64,000 bases of DNA from Octopus vulgaris (Eukaryota). How positions within the stretch are numbered: the first letter of the stretch is position 1; the number at the start of each line of letters is the position of its first letter. Both the position numbers and the translations under genes were made by a program. The notes under the pieces are model-generated. The model was not told where the DNA came from, ran no database searches, and worked only from the letters and a program-made list of their open reading frames with translations. Of this stretch, positions 12,040 to 26,029 are shown piece after piece. The DNA lies in NCBI GenBank assembly GCA_951406725.2, contig OX597817.1, positions 44,392,001-44,456,000 of the forward strand, read 5' to 3'.

Positions 12040-13217
12040 TTATGGATATGTTGCAGATACTTATTTTCGATCGCTATTGTCTGCAGTCCTCTTCTGTTCG
12101 TGATTTTCTTCAGCTAAATAAGGCGGCGAGCTAGCAGAATCGTTAGGACGCCGGGCGAAATGCGTAGCCGTATTTCGTCTGCCGCTACGTTCTGAGTTCA
12201 AATTCCACCGAGGTCGACTTTGCCTTTCATCCTTTCGTTGTCGATTAAATAAATACCAGTTACGCACTGGGGTGATTATAATCGACTTAATCCGTTTGTC
12301 TGTCCTTGTTTGTCCTCTCTGTGTTTAGTCCTTTGTGGGTAGTAAAGAAATCGGTATTTCGTCTGCTGCTACGTTCTGAGTTCAAATTCCACCGAGGTCG
12401 ACTTTGCCTTTCACTCTTTCGGGGTCGATAAATTAAGTACCAGTTACGCACTGGGGTCGATGTAATCGACTTAATCCCTTTGTCTGTCCTTGTTTGTCCC
12501 CTCTGGGTGTAGCCCCTTGTGGGCTGTAAAGAAATAGATATTCTTCAGCTAAACTAGAGTTTGAACATAGAATCTTTAAACAATTTGATCTTCTAGTCCA
12601 ACCGAGGGTCTATTACTCCGAAGACGATGGTTTTATCGTTGCAAAGTCTTTAATTATCGAACTAAAGCATTTGTCTCCATAATGCTAGAGTATATCGGAT
12701 CTTTGCCGGAGAGACATAATTTAGATGCTTTAAACTGTACAATTAATTCTACAGATAGCGGGTTTCTATAGTTTGCGTGTAATCTGACGAGAAAGGCTTG
12801 GTTGTGATTACATTAAAGATTACAAACCCGAATAATATTAGAAATAGTTATTCTTCAGTTCTTACAATCGCTCCGAAGTTCGCCCCATCGTTCCTTCAAA
12901 ATAATTTTATAGCAACTCTAAATACATTTTCTGTTATTGCCGTTTGCATTAAATCACGTGCCTCGCTGTATCATGCGTAAACATTATCATGTAAAACAAT
13001 TGCTATTAATGTTAAGAACAGTTAACTTACAAGATGGCCCTATAAATAACGTCCCTACACTGGAAGGAGAGTTAATGATGTCGTTCCATAAAGAAACTGC
13101 AATGAAATCGATAATGATGCTCCAGAGAGTCACAAATCTAGATTCGTATCTCATCAATTCCGAGATAATTCTGTTCATTAAAACCCTTGATTCATGAGAT
13201 TAATTAAACTAAGTCAG
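12040..13217 (+). pseudogene. possible decayed cadherin-repeat coding remnant split by a SINE
   Basis: Across shifting frames and stops: ADTYF...KLEFEHRIFKQFDLLVQ; EYIGSLPER...TINSTD; FAPSFLQNNFIATL; INNVPTL...SFHKE...VTNLDSYLINSEII. The order resembles cadherin repeat motifs. Donor-like CAG|GTGAGG at 13217. Confidence 0.35.
12120..12540 (+). mobile_element. family C SINE dimer (tRNA-like head plus Meta-domain-like core)
   Basis: Head AAGGCGGCGAGCT, B box GTTCAAATTCC, core GACTTTGCCTTTCATCCTTTCGGGGTCGAT...AAGTACC, two units of about 184 nt. TSD TTCTTCAGCTAAA at 12106-12118 and 12541-12553. Confidence 0.9.
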
Positions 13218-13251
13218 GTGAGGTACACATTAAAGAACTCAAGGATATTAC

Positions 13252-13315
<64 letters not shown>

Positions 13316-14050
13316 GTTATTATCATTATTGCTGCTGCTGCCGTTGCTATTTTTATTTTTGTGTTATGTTTCTCCTTGCAGCTTGTTGCGGTAAAGAATG
13401 TAATTGGTCCCTTTGGAGTGTTAGCGATTCTTTATAGTTCGAAAGAACAACACTCGACTTTTAAGTCTGTACGGCACGGTTTTTATATGTTTAAATATTA
13501 TATATTCACATCTTTCTAATAATTGAGCTGCTGATAAACTAGAACCAAGAATGTTATTTTAGCGACACGAACGCAAGGAATCAATCTGACTTGGTTCTCT
13601 TGAGAAAACAATTACAATAGCTGCCTATTAGAGCACAATCTCTCTTGCTGATGCAGAAGACAGTTCATTCTTCGTAAAAAGCTAGAAATTGTCATAATAT
13701 GAGTTGCATGTCTCCTAAAATAGTGTTTCTTACATCTAACTGTTCAAGCTATTACTTAGTCACTTCACTCTCCACATCATTACTCCTGCAGCAATGTTAG
13801 TGTCACGCAAACAAACATGTTCAAATATTGTCTTAGTCTACGCTCTCCGCCAATCAAAGCGCTAATTGGTAGATGTAGCATTGTCGGCTCGTATAGACAC
13901 ATCAATATTATCAAACAATGCAGCTAGAAAAAAACCGATGGTTCAATTCTTCGGTGTCCAGACTTAATTTAAAGTAATTATTGGTGTCCGTGTAGAAAGT
14001 TTTGATTTGATTCATGGGTTGTGTATATATATATATATATAAATATATGA

Positions 14051-14102
<52 letters not shown>

Positions 14103-14143
14103 CTATATATATGTATGTGCTTCTGTGCGTGTGTTTATGTATA

Positions 14144-14207
<64 letters not shown>

Positions 14208-14459
14208 CATACATACATACATATATATAAATACATATATAAACATGTATATGTACATATATACATGTATATAAATTTGTATGTGTATACATATGTGTGT
14301 ATTTATACATACATAAATACATACATACATACGCTCGCGCGCACACACACACATATATGCATCTATACATATAATTAGTTATATGTGTGTTTATATATGT
14401 GTATATATATGTGCATACATACATATGTATATATATATATATATAAATGTATATATATG

Positions 14460-14501
<42 letters not shown>

Positions 14502-14503
14502 TG

Positions 14504-14580
<77 letters not shown>

Positions 14581-15142
14581 GTATATGTATGTATGTATGT
14601 ATGTAAGTATGTATGTATTTGTGTATGTGTGCCGTGTATAAACATTTGGAAATAGATTACTTTAATTGGCAATATAGATTATGTGACATTTTAAATTTTC
14701 CTCAGAATGTTGAATATATCTTTCACTGGATAACAACCTCCAACATAAACATTTCGTCTTTGAACAACTACATTACTCTTGTGTGTGTATACGTGCATGT
14801 ATGAGATGTCGACAATGAGATAATTGGAATGAAGCATTGGGTATATATTTTCGAATTTCTCACTAATATAGAAAGCATTGATAACAAGCCCAGAAATAAG
14901 ATTCTTTTCTCAGAGCCTTATTTCTGTAAGCAATAACCATTTGGTTTTTATACATGTTTGTCTGTAACTTTGTATGTATGTTGCATATTGCTAACTGCAA
15001 ACTTGTGTAAGCTTGTTCATCTGTACATATATGTATGCGTATGCATTCATACCACTGACATACATATGTTGACACACACATACACATGTACATGCACAAG
15101 CATGCACGTTTTGTGGTGTCTATATGTATGTATGTATGTATG

Positions 15143-15375
15143 TAAGTCTCGAGTTGCACATGAGAAAGTAAAGAGGGATGTCAAGAAGGGCATCGCTGTT
15201 ACACTTCCAGAAGGGAAGGGGCTTCCTTTGATTCTGACATGCAATGTCTGTGCAAGACCCTGCCTCAGTAAAGCTGGACTCATGAGTCATCTTCGTAGTC
15301 ATAAAACGAGACAGATGAGTGACAACCTTATTTATTTGCCCTAGGGTTGTATCATGCTGACAATTTCTGATAAGA
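15143..15375 (+). mobile_element. RTE LINE 3' fragment with C2H2 zinc finger
   Basis: SRVAHEKVKRDVKKG...CNVCARPCLSKAGLMSHLRSH in ORF 14958-15344. Homologous to 38840-39320. Confidence 0.75.
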
Positions 15376-15425
15376 ATGAAACGGTGTTATATACGATTAC
15401 GTACGACAGGAGAAAAAATATGTAT

Positions 15426-15680
15426 AGGCGCAGATGTGGCTCTGTGGTAAGATGCTTGCTTTCCAACCACATGCATCAGGTTCAGTTCCACTGCGTGGAA
15501 CATTGCGTGAGTGTCTTTTACTATAGGCTCGGGATAACCAAAGCCGTGCGAGTGGATATGGTAGATGGAAATTGAAAGAATCCCATTGTGTATATGTATA
15601 TATTATGTATGTGTGTGTGTGTCCCACCACCTCTTGACAACCGGTATTGGTGTGTTTATGTTCCCCTAACTTACCGATTT
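15426..15680 (+). mobile_element. family D SINE (decayed, partial)
   Basis: Aligns to the complete copies at 43708 and 60416. Other decayed pieces at 17400-17660, 18060-18265, 33175-33340, 34620-34815, 41215-41480 and 61760-62040 (minus). Confidence 0.8.
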
Positions 15681-18001
15681 GAATCTAAAATTAGAATACT
15701 TCTGCATGTCGAAAGATTTATCATTAGTATACCCCAGTTAATGTCGCTGCTTTTATCTTTACGATTATTTTAAACTTAACTGGGGAACAAATCTTTAATA
15801 TGATACTTTAATCTTTAATATCATACCTTGATATTCTCTCTCGCAGATCATTATGTCCTTTGTTCTGCGCTTTCATTTTCAAAAGATTTTGAGAGGAACA
15901 TCCGCCTAGTAAGCTTTCTTATTATAACTTCGCGTAGCCTCTGAATAAGTGTAAATTCTTATAGGCTGCTCTTCATGACTATACCTATGAATTACTTTAT
16001 ATATGCTTTAGTCACGACATAACGTGTCATAGACAGATAGAATCCGGGCGATATTTTCCGATGGCTCCTTATGATATAGGTTATATCTTCTGTGTTACCA
16101 ACACTTCAAGGAGAGTTTCAATAGCTTGGCACATTAAGATGTTTTGCCGGCATTATTCTGATATCCTTCCTGCATCAATTTTTTTCTTATTTCTTCCTTT
16201 CTTGGATTTCAAAACCCACACCTTTCATATTGATAGCAAATGTAATTGTTATTGATCCGTTCTAGACAAATTATTTTGGTTATGTATTTGAATATAATTC
16301 TGAAGTGTTTTCTAAGCACACATATACATGGTAGGCAGAAAGCATTTCATCCGAATTTTTGTTGGAGTAGACGTGCCAAGGAAAGTTCACACCGCTTCGA
16401 AAATTTGGCCATCCAGCTGCAGGTCAGAGTTATTCGCCAACACTCTACAATCACTAGCCTACAGATTATGCAGCCTATAATATTGGTTTCAAATTTTGGC
16501 ACAAGGCCTGCAATTTCAGTGGGACTGGCAGACGTTAGCGTTTCCATCCATCCGCACATACATGCATATGTACTTATGTGATATTGTATAGGTAAATACA
16601 TACACACACACACACATATATATATACACATACACATAAAAACATATACATATATATATATATGCGCGTGTGTGTATATGTATGTATATATATATGCATA
16701 TATATTTATATTTGTATATATGTGTGGGTGTGTGTGCGTGCGTGTTTGTGTGTATGTGTGTGTATATAAATATACATTATATACATAGCTATTCATATAT
16801 GTCGTGTGTCTTTCTGCTGTGTGTATGTATGCGTGTGCGTGTGTGTACGTGTGTGTGTGTGAGTGTGTATTAAGCTCTGAATCAGCTTAAATTATTACAT
16901 TCTCTTACGGTATTGAGTACTTTTCCTCACGTTTCTTACGATTAACAAATACACACACACACCGCACCTAGACGCACAGATACAAGCATACACACGTATG
17001 TGCGTGTGCGTGTGTGCTTGTATATGTGCGTGGGCGTAAGCGTGTATGTTTGAGCATGTGTGTGTGTGCGTATGCATTCGTGGATGTATGTGTGTGTACA
17101 TAACTTCTCAATTGCAATTAAATTATTTTATTTGTGTCGCTTATGTAACGTATAAGTACTAATCTCTAACCACCAAATCGCTTATTCAAAACATTTGACT
17201 TTTACGAATGTTAAAGGCTTTGGTAAGCTGATCTGTTGTTACTATGTTGCTAATTTGAAATAGATAAATTATTAATATATTCCCGTTCTTGAGAAACCAC
17301 GTTCTAAAAATAATATATTTTGGAGATAATAATTCAGATGAAACTCAACATATATGTGGGATGTTAATTTTAAAAATATCTCACAGATATGTGCACACAT
17401 GAGGCGTGTGTACAGCTGTGTGGTTAAGAAGATCAGTTTGATGTTATGTGGTTTTGGAATCTGTCCCGGCGCGCGATTGACAAGGCAAGCGTTTTCTCTT
17501 GTAGCACCAGGCTGAGTAATGCTTTGTGAGTAAATTTTGTTGACGGAGACCGTCTGGAAATTACGTGGCTGTGTGGAAGGACGTGTGCTCCTCAATCACA
17601 TGGTTCTGGGTTGAGTACCATCGTGTGGAAACTTGGTCAAGTGTGTTTTATTACAGACTCGAGTTAAAATAAGCAGCAAGGATATACAGAGGTAATGCAG
17701 TACAATCGTTTCATGCAACTCCATTTAATTGAACAATGCAATCATTACATCAATTTAAAATATAGTGCAATCTTCAACTGCACAAAGACATAGAATTTAG
17801 TTAAATTTGAACAGATGTACACATTAGTATAATTATACCTAAAATCTCCAAGAGGTTAAGGAGATAGACAAAGAACATGTCTCTACTCCAGCATAGATGT
17901 TACTAAACTTATCAAGAAGACTCTGCTTGCCGCTGATTTTTGGTGTTTGTATTCCCCTTCCATGATGCCCCAAAAGAGCAAAAATCAGTGGCGGGCATAT
18001 T

Positions 18002-18032
<31 letters not shown>

Positions 18033-18646
18033 GTATGTATATTTGTATGTATGTATGTGAGAGTTTTTGCCTATGTTTGACCCCTACAACAGTTTGATAG
18101 CAAGTGTTGGTGTGTTGATGTCCCCGTTCGGCAATCGATTTCAACATAAATGCCAGGCTTAAATATAAGTACTGGGGTTGATTCATTCGGATAAAATCCT
18201 TTAAAGGGGTCGCGCCCCAACACAGCCGCAGTCGAATAATTGAAACAAATTAGAAGAAAATAAAGGATATGCATATTCATAAGTATATGTTTGCATGTGT
18301 GTGTATGTGTATGTGCGTGCGTGTATGTGTGTGCACATGTGTGTGTATCTGGATATGTAGGTTTTGTGAGGCAAAAAGGAAAATATAATTAAAAATATGA
18401 GCATATATCCGTTTGCTTTTTTAGTAGTAATCGGCTGAGGTTACAGAGTGTCTCATGAGCCAAAGATTGTCGTGCGTTGGAACTTATCAAAATCTCGCTC
18501 TTTGAGTCACACTTTATCTTCTGCCGATTATTCACGAGAGAGGAACCTATGTATGTATTTTGTGTATGCGCATCCGCCATTGTCCCTCCACATGGATTAA
18601 AAACAGGTGTCGTTTTTTTTTTTTACATTCTCCGAAACTATCGGTT

Positions 18647-18916
18647 GTGGAGGCACATGGCCTAGTGGTTAGAGCAGCGGACTCGCGGTCGGTGTTTATG
18701 CGCGAAACACCTAAGCTCCACGCGGCTCCGGCAGAAGGTAATGGCGGACCCCTGCTGACGCTTTCGCCACAACTTTCTCTCGATCTTTCCTCCTGGATCT
18801 TGCAGGTCACCTGCGACGGACCGGTGTCCCGTCCAGATGGGGAACCTATACGCCAAGGAAACAGGGAAACCATCCTTTATGAGCCAGGCATGGCTCGAAA
18901 GGGAACAAACAAACAA
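18647..18916 (+). mobile_element. family A SINE nested in a family D SINE
   Basis: TSD AAACTATCGGTT at 18635-18646 and 18917-18928. The B-box segment is deleted. Confidence 0.9.
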
Positions 18917-18964
18917 AAACTATCGGTTCGGTAAGAGGAGTTTGATAACAGTACAAAGCTTAGA

Positions 18965-19382
18965 AAGGCGGCGAGCTGGCAGAAACGTTAGCACGCCGGG
19001 CGAAATGCTTAGAGGTATTTCGTCTGCCGTTACGTTCTGAGTTCAAATTCCGCCGAGGTCGACTTTGCCTTTCATCCTTTCGGGGTCAATTAAATAAGTA
19101 CCAGTTACGCACTGGGATCGATATAATCGACTTAATCCCTTTGTCTGTCCTTGTTTGTCCCCGCTGTGTTTAGCCTCTTGTGGGAAGTAAAGAAATAAGT
19201 ATTTCGTCTGCTGTTACGTTCTGAGTTCAAATTCCGCCGAGTTCGACTTTGCCTTTCATCCTTTCGGGGTCGATAAATTAAGTACCAGTTACGCACTGGG
19301 ATCGATGTAATCAACGTAAACCCCTTTGTCTGTCCTTGTTTGTCCACTCTACGTTTAGCCCCAAGTGGGCAAAAAAGAAATA
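18965..19382 (+). mobile_element. family C SINE dimer nested in a family D SINE
   Basis: Two units. TSD ACAAAGCTTA at 18953-18962 and 19383-19392. Confidence 0.9.
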
Positions 19383-19867
19383 ACAAAGCTTAAACGTTAC
19401 AAATAAGTACTAGGGTTGTTCGACCAGACCCTTTCAGGCGGTGTTCTAGCATGGCTGTAGTCCAATAACTGAAGCAAGTAAAAGATAGAAGAAATATTCC
19501 AATGACATACAGAACAATGACATAATTACTTTTAGTTAACAAATGAAGGCTTACAATTTGAATCCACTCTTAGGCCCTGTAAACGTCTTAGAATTCACCT
19601 TTACAAATTAAAATGCAATTGGAGATTAAACAACTTGAAATGCAGTGTATATATTATAACTACTGGAAATATAGATTGTGCATTAAAACTAATTATCAGG
19701 AATATTCTAATCTTTAATTACAATCCCCATTTCAGAGAGATTTCAATGTATATCTTTGCTAATATACTCAGATTATAAGATCAACAAGATAGTTAATAAG
19801 TAAACATATCTATACATGCATATGTACATGACAAATGCATGCATACATACATACATACATACATACA

Positions 19868-19949
<82 letters not shown>

Positions 19950-19957
19950 CTTATCTA

Positions 19958-20008
<51 letters not shown>

Positions 20009-20232
20009 CTCTGTCTGTCTGTATGTGTTGTGTCTATTTGTTTATCTATGTATTTGTTCATACGCACACACACACACACATATATATATACATACGTATA
20101 TATTCATATAAATATATGTGAGTGTATATTTGTATATCTATATGTTTATATATTCACATATATATGTATAAGCATTTAAATATATGAATACGTATATATG
20201 TGTGTGTGTATACATACGTGTATTTGTGTATG

Positions 20233-20278
<46 letters not shown>

Positions 20279-20707
20279 TATGTATGCTATGCACATATCG
20301 TATGCATGGTTTTAAACGAAGTATTAACTCAGCTTTCAACTCGTTTCTTGATGAATATTCATAAAATCTCAATTAATTCATCGTGAACTATTGGGACTGA
20401 AAATCTAAATATTCTCCGATAAAATAAGATTCCCGTCAGTATTCCAGCAGCATAGAACGACAACCCGAAATACAGTACGAACAAAAATGTATGCCTCAAA
20501 AGAAAACAAAGACCCCATTAAATAATGTACGTCTAGATACACTTATGTAGACAGAGTGGTCATAACTGGAGTGCTTTTGATGATAGGGTCTATGGAACCA
20601 TGTTGCATTTGAGAATATACAAAGGCGAATATTAAATCCAGTCAGTCCGCAGTTAAATCTCACTCAGATCGCTTTCTGCTTTCTTCAGTGAGGAACAGGA
20701 CACATAA

Positions 20708-20931
20708 GTATTCCATTTCTTTACTACCCACAAGGGGCTCAACATAGAGAGGACAAACAAGGGCAGACAAACGGATTAAATCGATTATATCGACCCCAAT
20801 GTGTAACTAATACTTATTTAATCGACCCCGAAGGGATGAAAGGCGGAATTTGGACTCAGAGGTAACAGCAGACGTAATACCGCAAAGCATTTCGCCCGGC
20901 GTGCTAACGTTTCTGCCAGCTCACCGCCTTA
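20708..20931 (-). mobile_element. family C SINE monomer
   Basis: Reverse complement of the family C head, core and tail. Confidence 0.85.
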
Positions 20932-21185
20932 GGGTTGTTGATGATGTCATAAACAGCGGTGGATCAACCATTGAGCAAAATATGCACGAGCTTAGGGCGG
21001 CGATAGGGAGAGGCACTAAAGAAATGATTAGTTGTTTACGGCACAAAAGAAATGATTTGAAACTTGTTAAAGTAATATTTCTTGGCATAATGTTAACTCA
21101 GCATGTTACGACGGGCGAAATACCTCTAAGAAACTCGGCCTGTGTGCTAAATGACTCTGCCATATCGCCATCTTCCTTTGCTGCC

Positions 21186-21243
<58 letters not shown>

Positions 21244-21245
<2 letters not shown>

Positions 21246-23530
21246 ACTAGCTAACGTACGAAGATACATTCTCAACGCAAAAAAAATATCAGAAATAGAA
21301 ATAGAACGTCTAAAAGAAAAAATACACCAGGAAAATGTAGATAGAAGCCACACAACAATGCCCGATAATATAAACACTGAAACCGTAAAACACGAAGACA
21401 AACGTAACATTCCCAACAAACACGATGTAAACAAAAAACAACAAACCCAGACCGTAAGGATGCATAATAATACACGACAAACAGCAAGCCAAAACACGGC
21501 AAACAAACATATAAATAAGAAAGAAAGCGGCACAAATCTAAAACCTAGAGACAACAAAGGGGAGCCTAATGATTATGATAATATAAAAAGTAAAATAATC
21601 AAAGAAATGAAAACCACAGAGCTCAAAATGGACCACCGACCATATCTCCCAAAAATCAAAATAGACGAAACAACAACACCAATTATAAACAGCATAAACC
21701 TAGCCGTCACTGAACTAATAGCCACTGAAACAAAAAGCGATATCACTAAGCTAAATGACTTAGTATACGCAGCAGCCACTGCAGCCACAAAAGAAGCTGG
21801 ATACTCACTCAAACCCATCCAAACAGGAGTACCACCACCCAAACAATAAATAACATCCAAAGCAAAATACAAAAAATGAGAAAAGATATGTCGATTCTTA
21901 ATGAAATCAGTAGACAATCAACGCTACTGAGCAACAAAAAGAAAACAAAAATACTCCGCAAATATAACATCACAGAAAAATATTTACATGAGATAAAAGA
22001 AAAGCTGAAGCAAGATATCCTTGCCAAAGCACAAAGGATCCGCCGGTACGAGAAACGCCAACGCTTCTTTGAACAAAACAAAAAGTTCAACTCCAACCCC
22101 AAAAAGTTCTACCAAGAACTTGGCAAAAATAAAAAAGAAATCACTGCAGCACCAACGGTAGAAGAAGTGGAAGAATTCTGGAGAGAAATATGGTCGGCGA
22201 ACGAACAGCCAAAAAAAAAAAAAAAGAAGTATCAAAACAATAAACTCAGCATCTGAGCAACTTTGGACCCCCATAACAACTGAAGAGGTCACCCAGGCAC
22301 TGCAAAGACTAAGCAACTGGAAGGCACCTGGGCATGACAAGATCCCCAACTCCTGGTTGAAATATCTAACAGGAATGCACAAAAAGCTGGCTGAAAACCT
22401 TAACAGTATGCTAGCAGAGCCAGAGACAATGCCTGAATGGCTCACGAAGGGGAAAACCATCTTAATTCCCAAATCAAATGAGACAGCAAAACCAGAAAAC
22501 TACAGACCAATGATCTGTCTCCCTACAATGTACAAGGCATTTACTGCAGTGATATCGCAAAGGTTGAACAAGCACCTGGACGAAAACAACCTGTTTCCAG
22601 AAGAGCAGAAAGGATGCCGCAAAGGCTCATATGGCTGTAAAGATCAACTAATGATTAATAAAGCCATAACTGAAGACAGCCACAGAAAGAAGAAAGGCCT
22701 CAGTATGGCCTGGATCGACTAAAAAAAGGCGTTTGATAGCATCCCCCACACATAGATCCTCGAAACACTAGCCATTAACAAAGTAGCACCAACAATCATA
22801 AAATTCATAGGGCACTCTATGAATAAATGAGAAACAGTGCTACAGCTCCAAACAAAAGAGGGACTCATGAAAACCAAAACCATCCCCATTAGAAGAGGAA
22901 TATTCCAGGGAGACACGCTCTCCCCACTCCCTTTCTGCTTGGCACTGTCACCTCTATCTGATATGCTAAATAGAACTGGATGCGGATATAAATGTTACTC
23001 CAAAACGATCAGCCACCTTTTATATATGGATGACCTAAAACTATACGCTGCAAATGACAAACAGCTGGAAACACTATTGAAGACACACAGATAGAGAAAT
23101 TAAGGCCAACAGACCAGATATGGTTGTCAGAGATCATGAAGAAAAAAAATGCTTTCTAATTGATGTATCAATACCGGCAGATGACAACGTGTCTCTAAAA
23201 GAAATGGAGAAACTTTCAAAATACAAAGACCTGGAAATAGAGGTAACTAGAATGTGGAATCTAAAAACAGAAACAATTCCTATCGTAGTAGGTGCATTAG
23301 GCATGATAAAAAAATATTCAGACAAATACATATCAAAAACACCAGGACTTACAAACACATATAACATACAGAAAATTGCACTACTAGGCACTGCACACAT
23401 CCTACGCAGAACACTTTCCATGCAATAACCATCAGAGCATCACAACAAATCACAGCACATACCTAAGGCACACAGAGCTGCGCTCGGTACTGAAGTGAAA
23501 GCACGCTATAAAAATAAAACTACTGAATGA
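21244..23530 (+). mobile_element. R4/Dong-clade non-LTR retrotransposon (RT plus restriction-like endonuclease), 5'-truncated and inactivated
   Basis: NWKAPGHDKI, PENYRPMICL, EQKGCRKGSYGCKDQL, AWID*KKAFDS, GIFQGDTLSP, YMDD (23023-23034), then RPDMVVRD...LIDVSIP...EKLSKYKDL...LGTAHILRR. Several stops and frameshifts. (AAT)n on both flanks. Confidence 0.92.
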
Positions 23531-23549
23531 TAATAATAATAATAATGAT

Positions 23550-23763
23550 AATTCTTTCTTCTACAGGCACAGGCCTAAAATTTTGGGACTGTGGACTAGT
23601 TGATTACAACGACCCAAGTGCTTAACTGGTACTTATTTTATCATCCCCAAAATACGAATGGCAAAGTCAACCTCAGCGGAACTTGAACTTAGAACATAAA
23701 GACGAATGAAATGGCACTAAGAATTTTGTCCGGATGCCATCGATTCTGCCAGCTCACCGCCAT
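23550..23763 (-). mobile_element. family C SINE (alternative tail) flanked by (AAT)n
   Basis: Reverse complement of family C with the GCCTGTGCCTGTAG tail running into (ATT)n. Confidence 0.8.
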
Positions 23764-24037
23764 GAATAATAATAATAATAATGATGATCAAATAACTTGA
23801 TTATGAATTCAATGTATTTTTAATATTTCAATAACAGGGTTTCGTTTCGTTTTTCTTTGTAGACATCAGCAATCTTATGTGTCGTTATACTGGAAATATA
23901 ACTTCATTCTTAATAACCGATCTAAATCTGATAAATGATTCCGATACATCTAAAAGCTGTGATATAAATCAGTGCAAAGATTCTGACAGGTTTGATAACT
24001 CAAGGGTCTCCTATATATTATTATTTTCTCCATAATA

Positions 24038-24077
<40 letters not shown>

Positions 24078-24153
24078 CTGTGTGTGTGCGTGTAAAAATA
24101 TATGTATATGTGTTGTGTGTGTAAATATATATACATATATATACACGCATATA

Positions 24154-24187
<34 letters not shown>

Positions 24188-24205
24188 TATATATATAAGT
24201 ATATA

Positions 24206-24253
<48 letters not shown>

Positions 24254-24488
24254 TACACATAAACACACACATATATATATAAGTTTTATGTGATGTTCAT
24301 ATATATATATATATATATCTTTATATAAATATATATATATATAAACCCGCTCACAGAAACTCACACAAACACATACAAATAGATAAATACAAATGTACAT
24401 ATATATATATGTGTATATAAATATGTGTATATGTATGCTTATGCATACAAATACATACATATGTATATAGATATATATGTATGCAAAC

Positions 24489-24526
<38 letters not shown>

Positions 24527-26029
24527 GATTATGTTCAGGCATTCTCATATACGCATATACATTTTTTAACGTCACTGTTTCTACGTTAAACATAAAATTT
24601 TATTTCCTTTGCTATTTTACTATGAAGAAAGGAAGAGCTGTTTAAAATTGCATCGAAATCAAAGTGAACTGGAGCAATACTTGTCTGCTCAATACATCAT
24701 TACGGGATCTCTGTTATTAGTCACACTATTTGAAATACTGAATCTCCCACTGGAATTGTTGCAGTTACCGAATACTAACCAGATCTGAAATATTATCTGT
24801 TTAACCAAATTAGTTCGATAAATTTCGAGCATCATACTGAATATATGAATAGAGGTGACTATGAATAAAGTGATATATATGTATATAATGAGAAAATTAT
24901 ACAATGTCTCAGAAAATTTCAGTGTATAGATGGAGCATGCGCTAGGAGTGGTGTGCATTATAACAAGCTAAAAGTTTTAAATATGTTTTGGACTAGACAG
25001 CATTAGCAAAGGGTATTGTATATTGACTATGTTCATATATTTCACCTATATACATTATGGTAAAACAAATGTAATGAATACCTGAATAAGATATGACTTA
25101 TTACTGTGATGTTCATTCATTATCGGTGACAACGGTCAAATGGATAAAGTATTCAGAGCTTGATCGTAAATAATTTCTCAGTCAGTTACTAACGCTGTGA
25201 AGATAGGCAAATAACAGAAAATTTCCCTTGTCTCAACCATTTGGCAAAAGATCAGCTTAAATGAGAACAGAAAGAGAGAGAGAGATAGCCATTAGAGTAG
25301 GCACGTAGACAGAATTAATGGACTAAGCCTGAATATAGTAAACATTGATATGTAGTTGAGAAGGTTAGAGATCCACGCGAACTTGTTTTATGGGAGAAGA
25401 AAAACAATGAAGCCCGGGATGAAATCATTTACTCTAAACTACGAATCTAATGCACGTTGCAGTGAAATACATCAAATATTGTTAATTTGTATATAACGTC
25501 GCTATTTCTTAATAAATTGTTATATGCACGGTGAATAGCAAGATTCGAAACGATGGCTTGCATATTTATCCTTAATATGGTTCTGCAGATTCGAATGCAA
25601 ATATGCTATTCGCTGTTGCGTTCGTCACTAGAACGCAACTTCTACTTAGGACGATACATTAGTACAAGCGAATTGAAGTCACCGATGTTTCGACGTATTA
25701 TGTCTCATCAGCCAGAAGTACTTGAAAAATGTGGTGTATACACACTTAACAAGTGAATTTCAAGTGATATGATAGCTAGTTAAAATTGCGGTGGGAAGCA
25801 GAAGTTAAAATTAAAACTACAATTATAAATTGATTTCTTTAAAACCTTTTCTATCTCTCTTCTTATGTATGTATTATATATTATTCCACAAGATTTCACG
25901 ACGGTTTTGTAAATTGTATTAAAAAGTTTAAAGGAAAATGCAATTTTAACTCTGAAAATGAAATCTAATACTCGCAGCATTCAAATATTTTAAATATTGT
26001 TATTTGTATATATCAACTGTATGTATTTA

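Noticed and set aside
20663-20691. Minus-strand CTCA-CTGAAGA-AAGCA-GAAA-GCGA-TC-TGAG hammerhead look-alike
   Set aside because: No stem II and a mismatched stem III, so probably chance.
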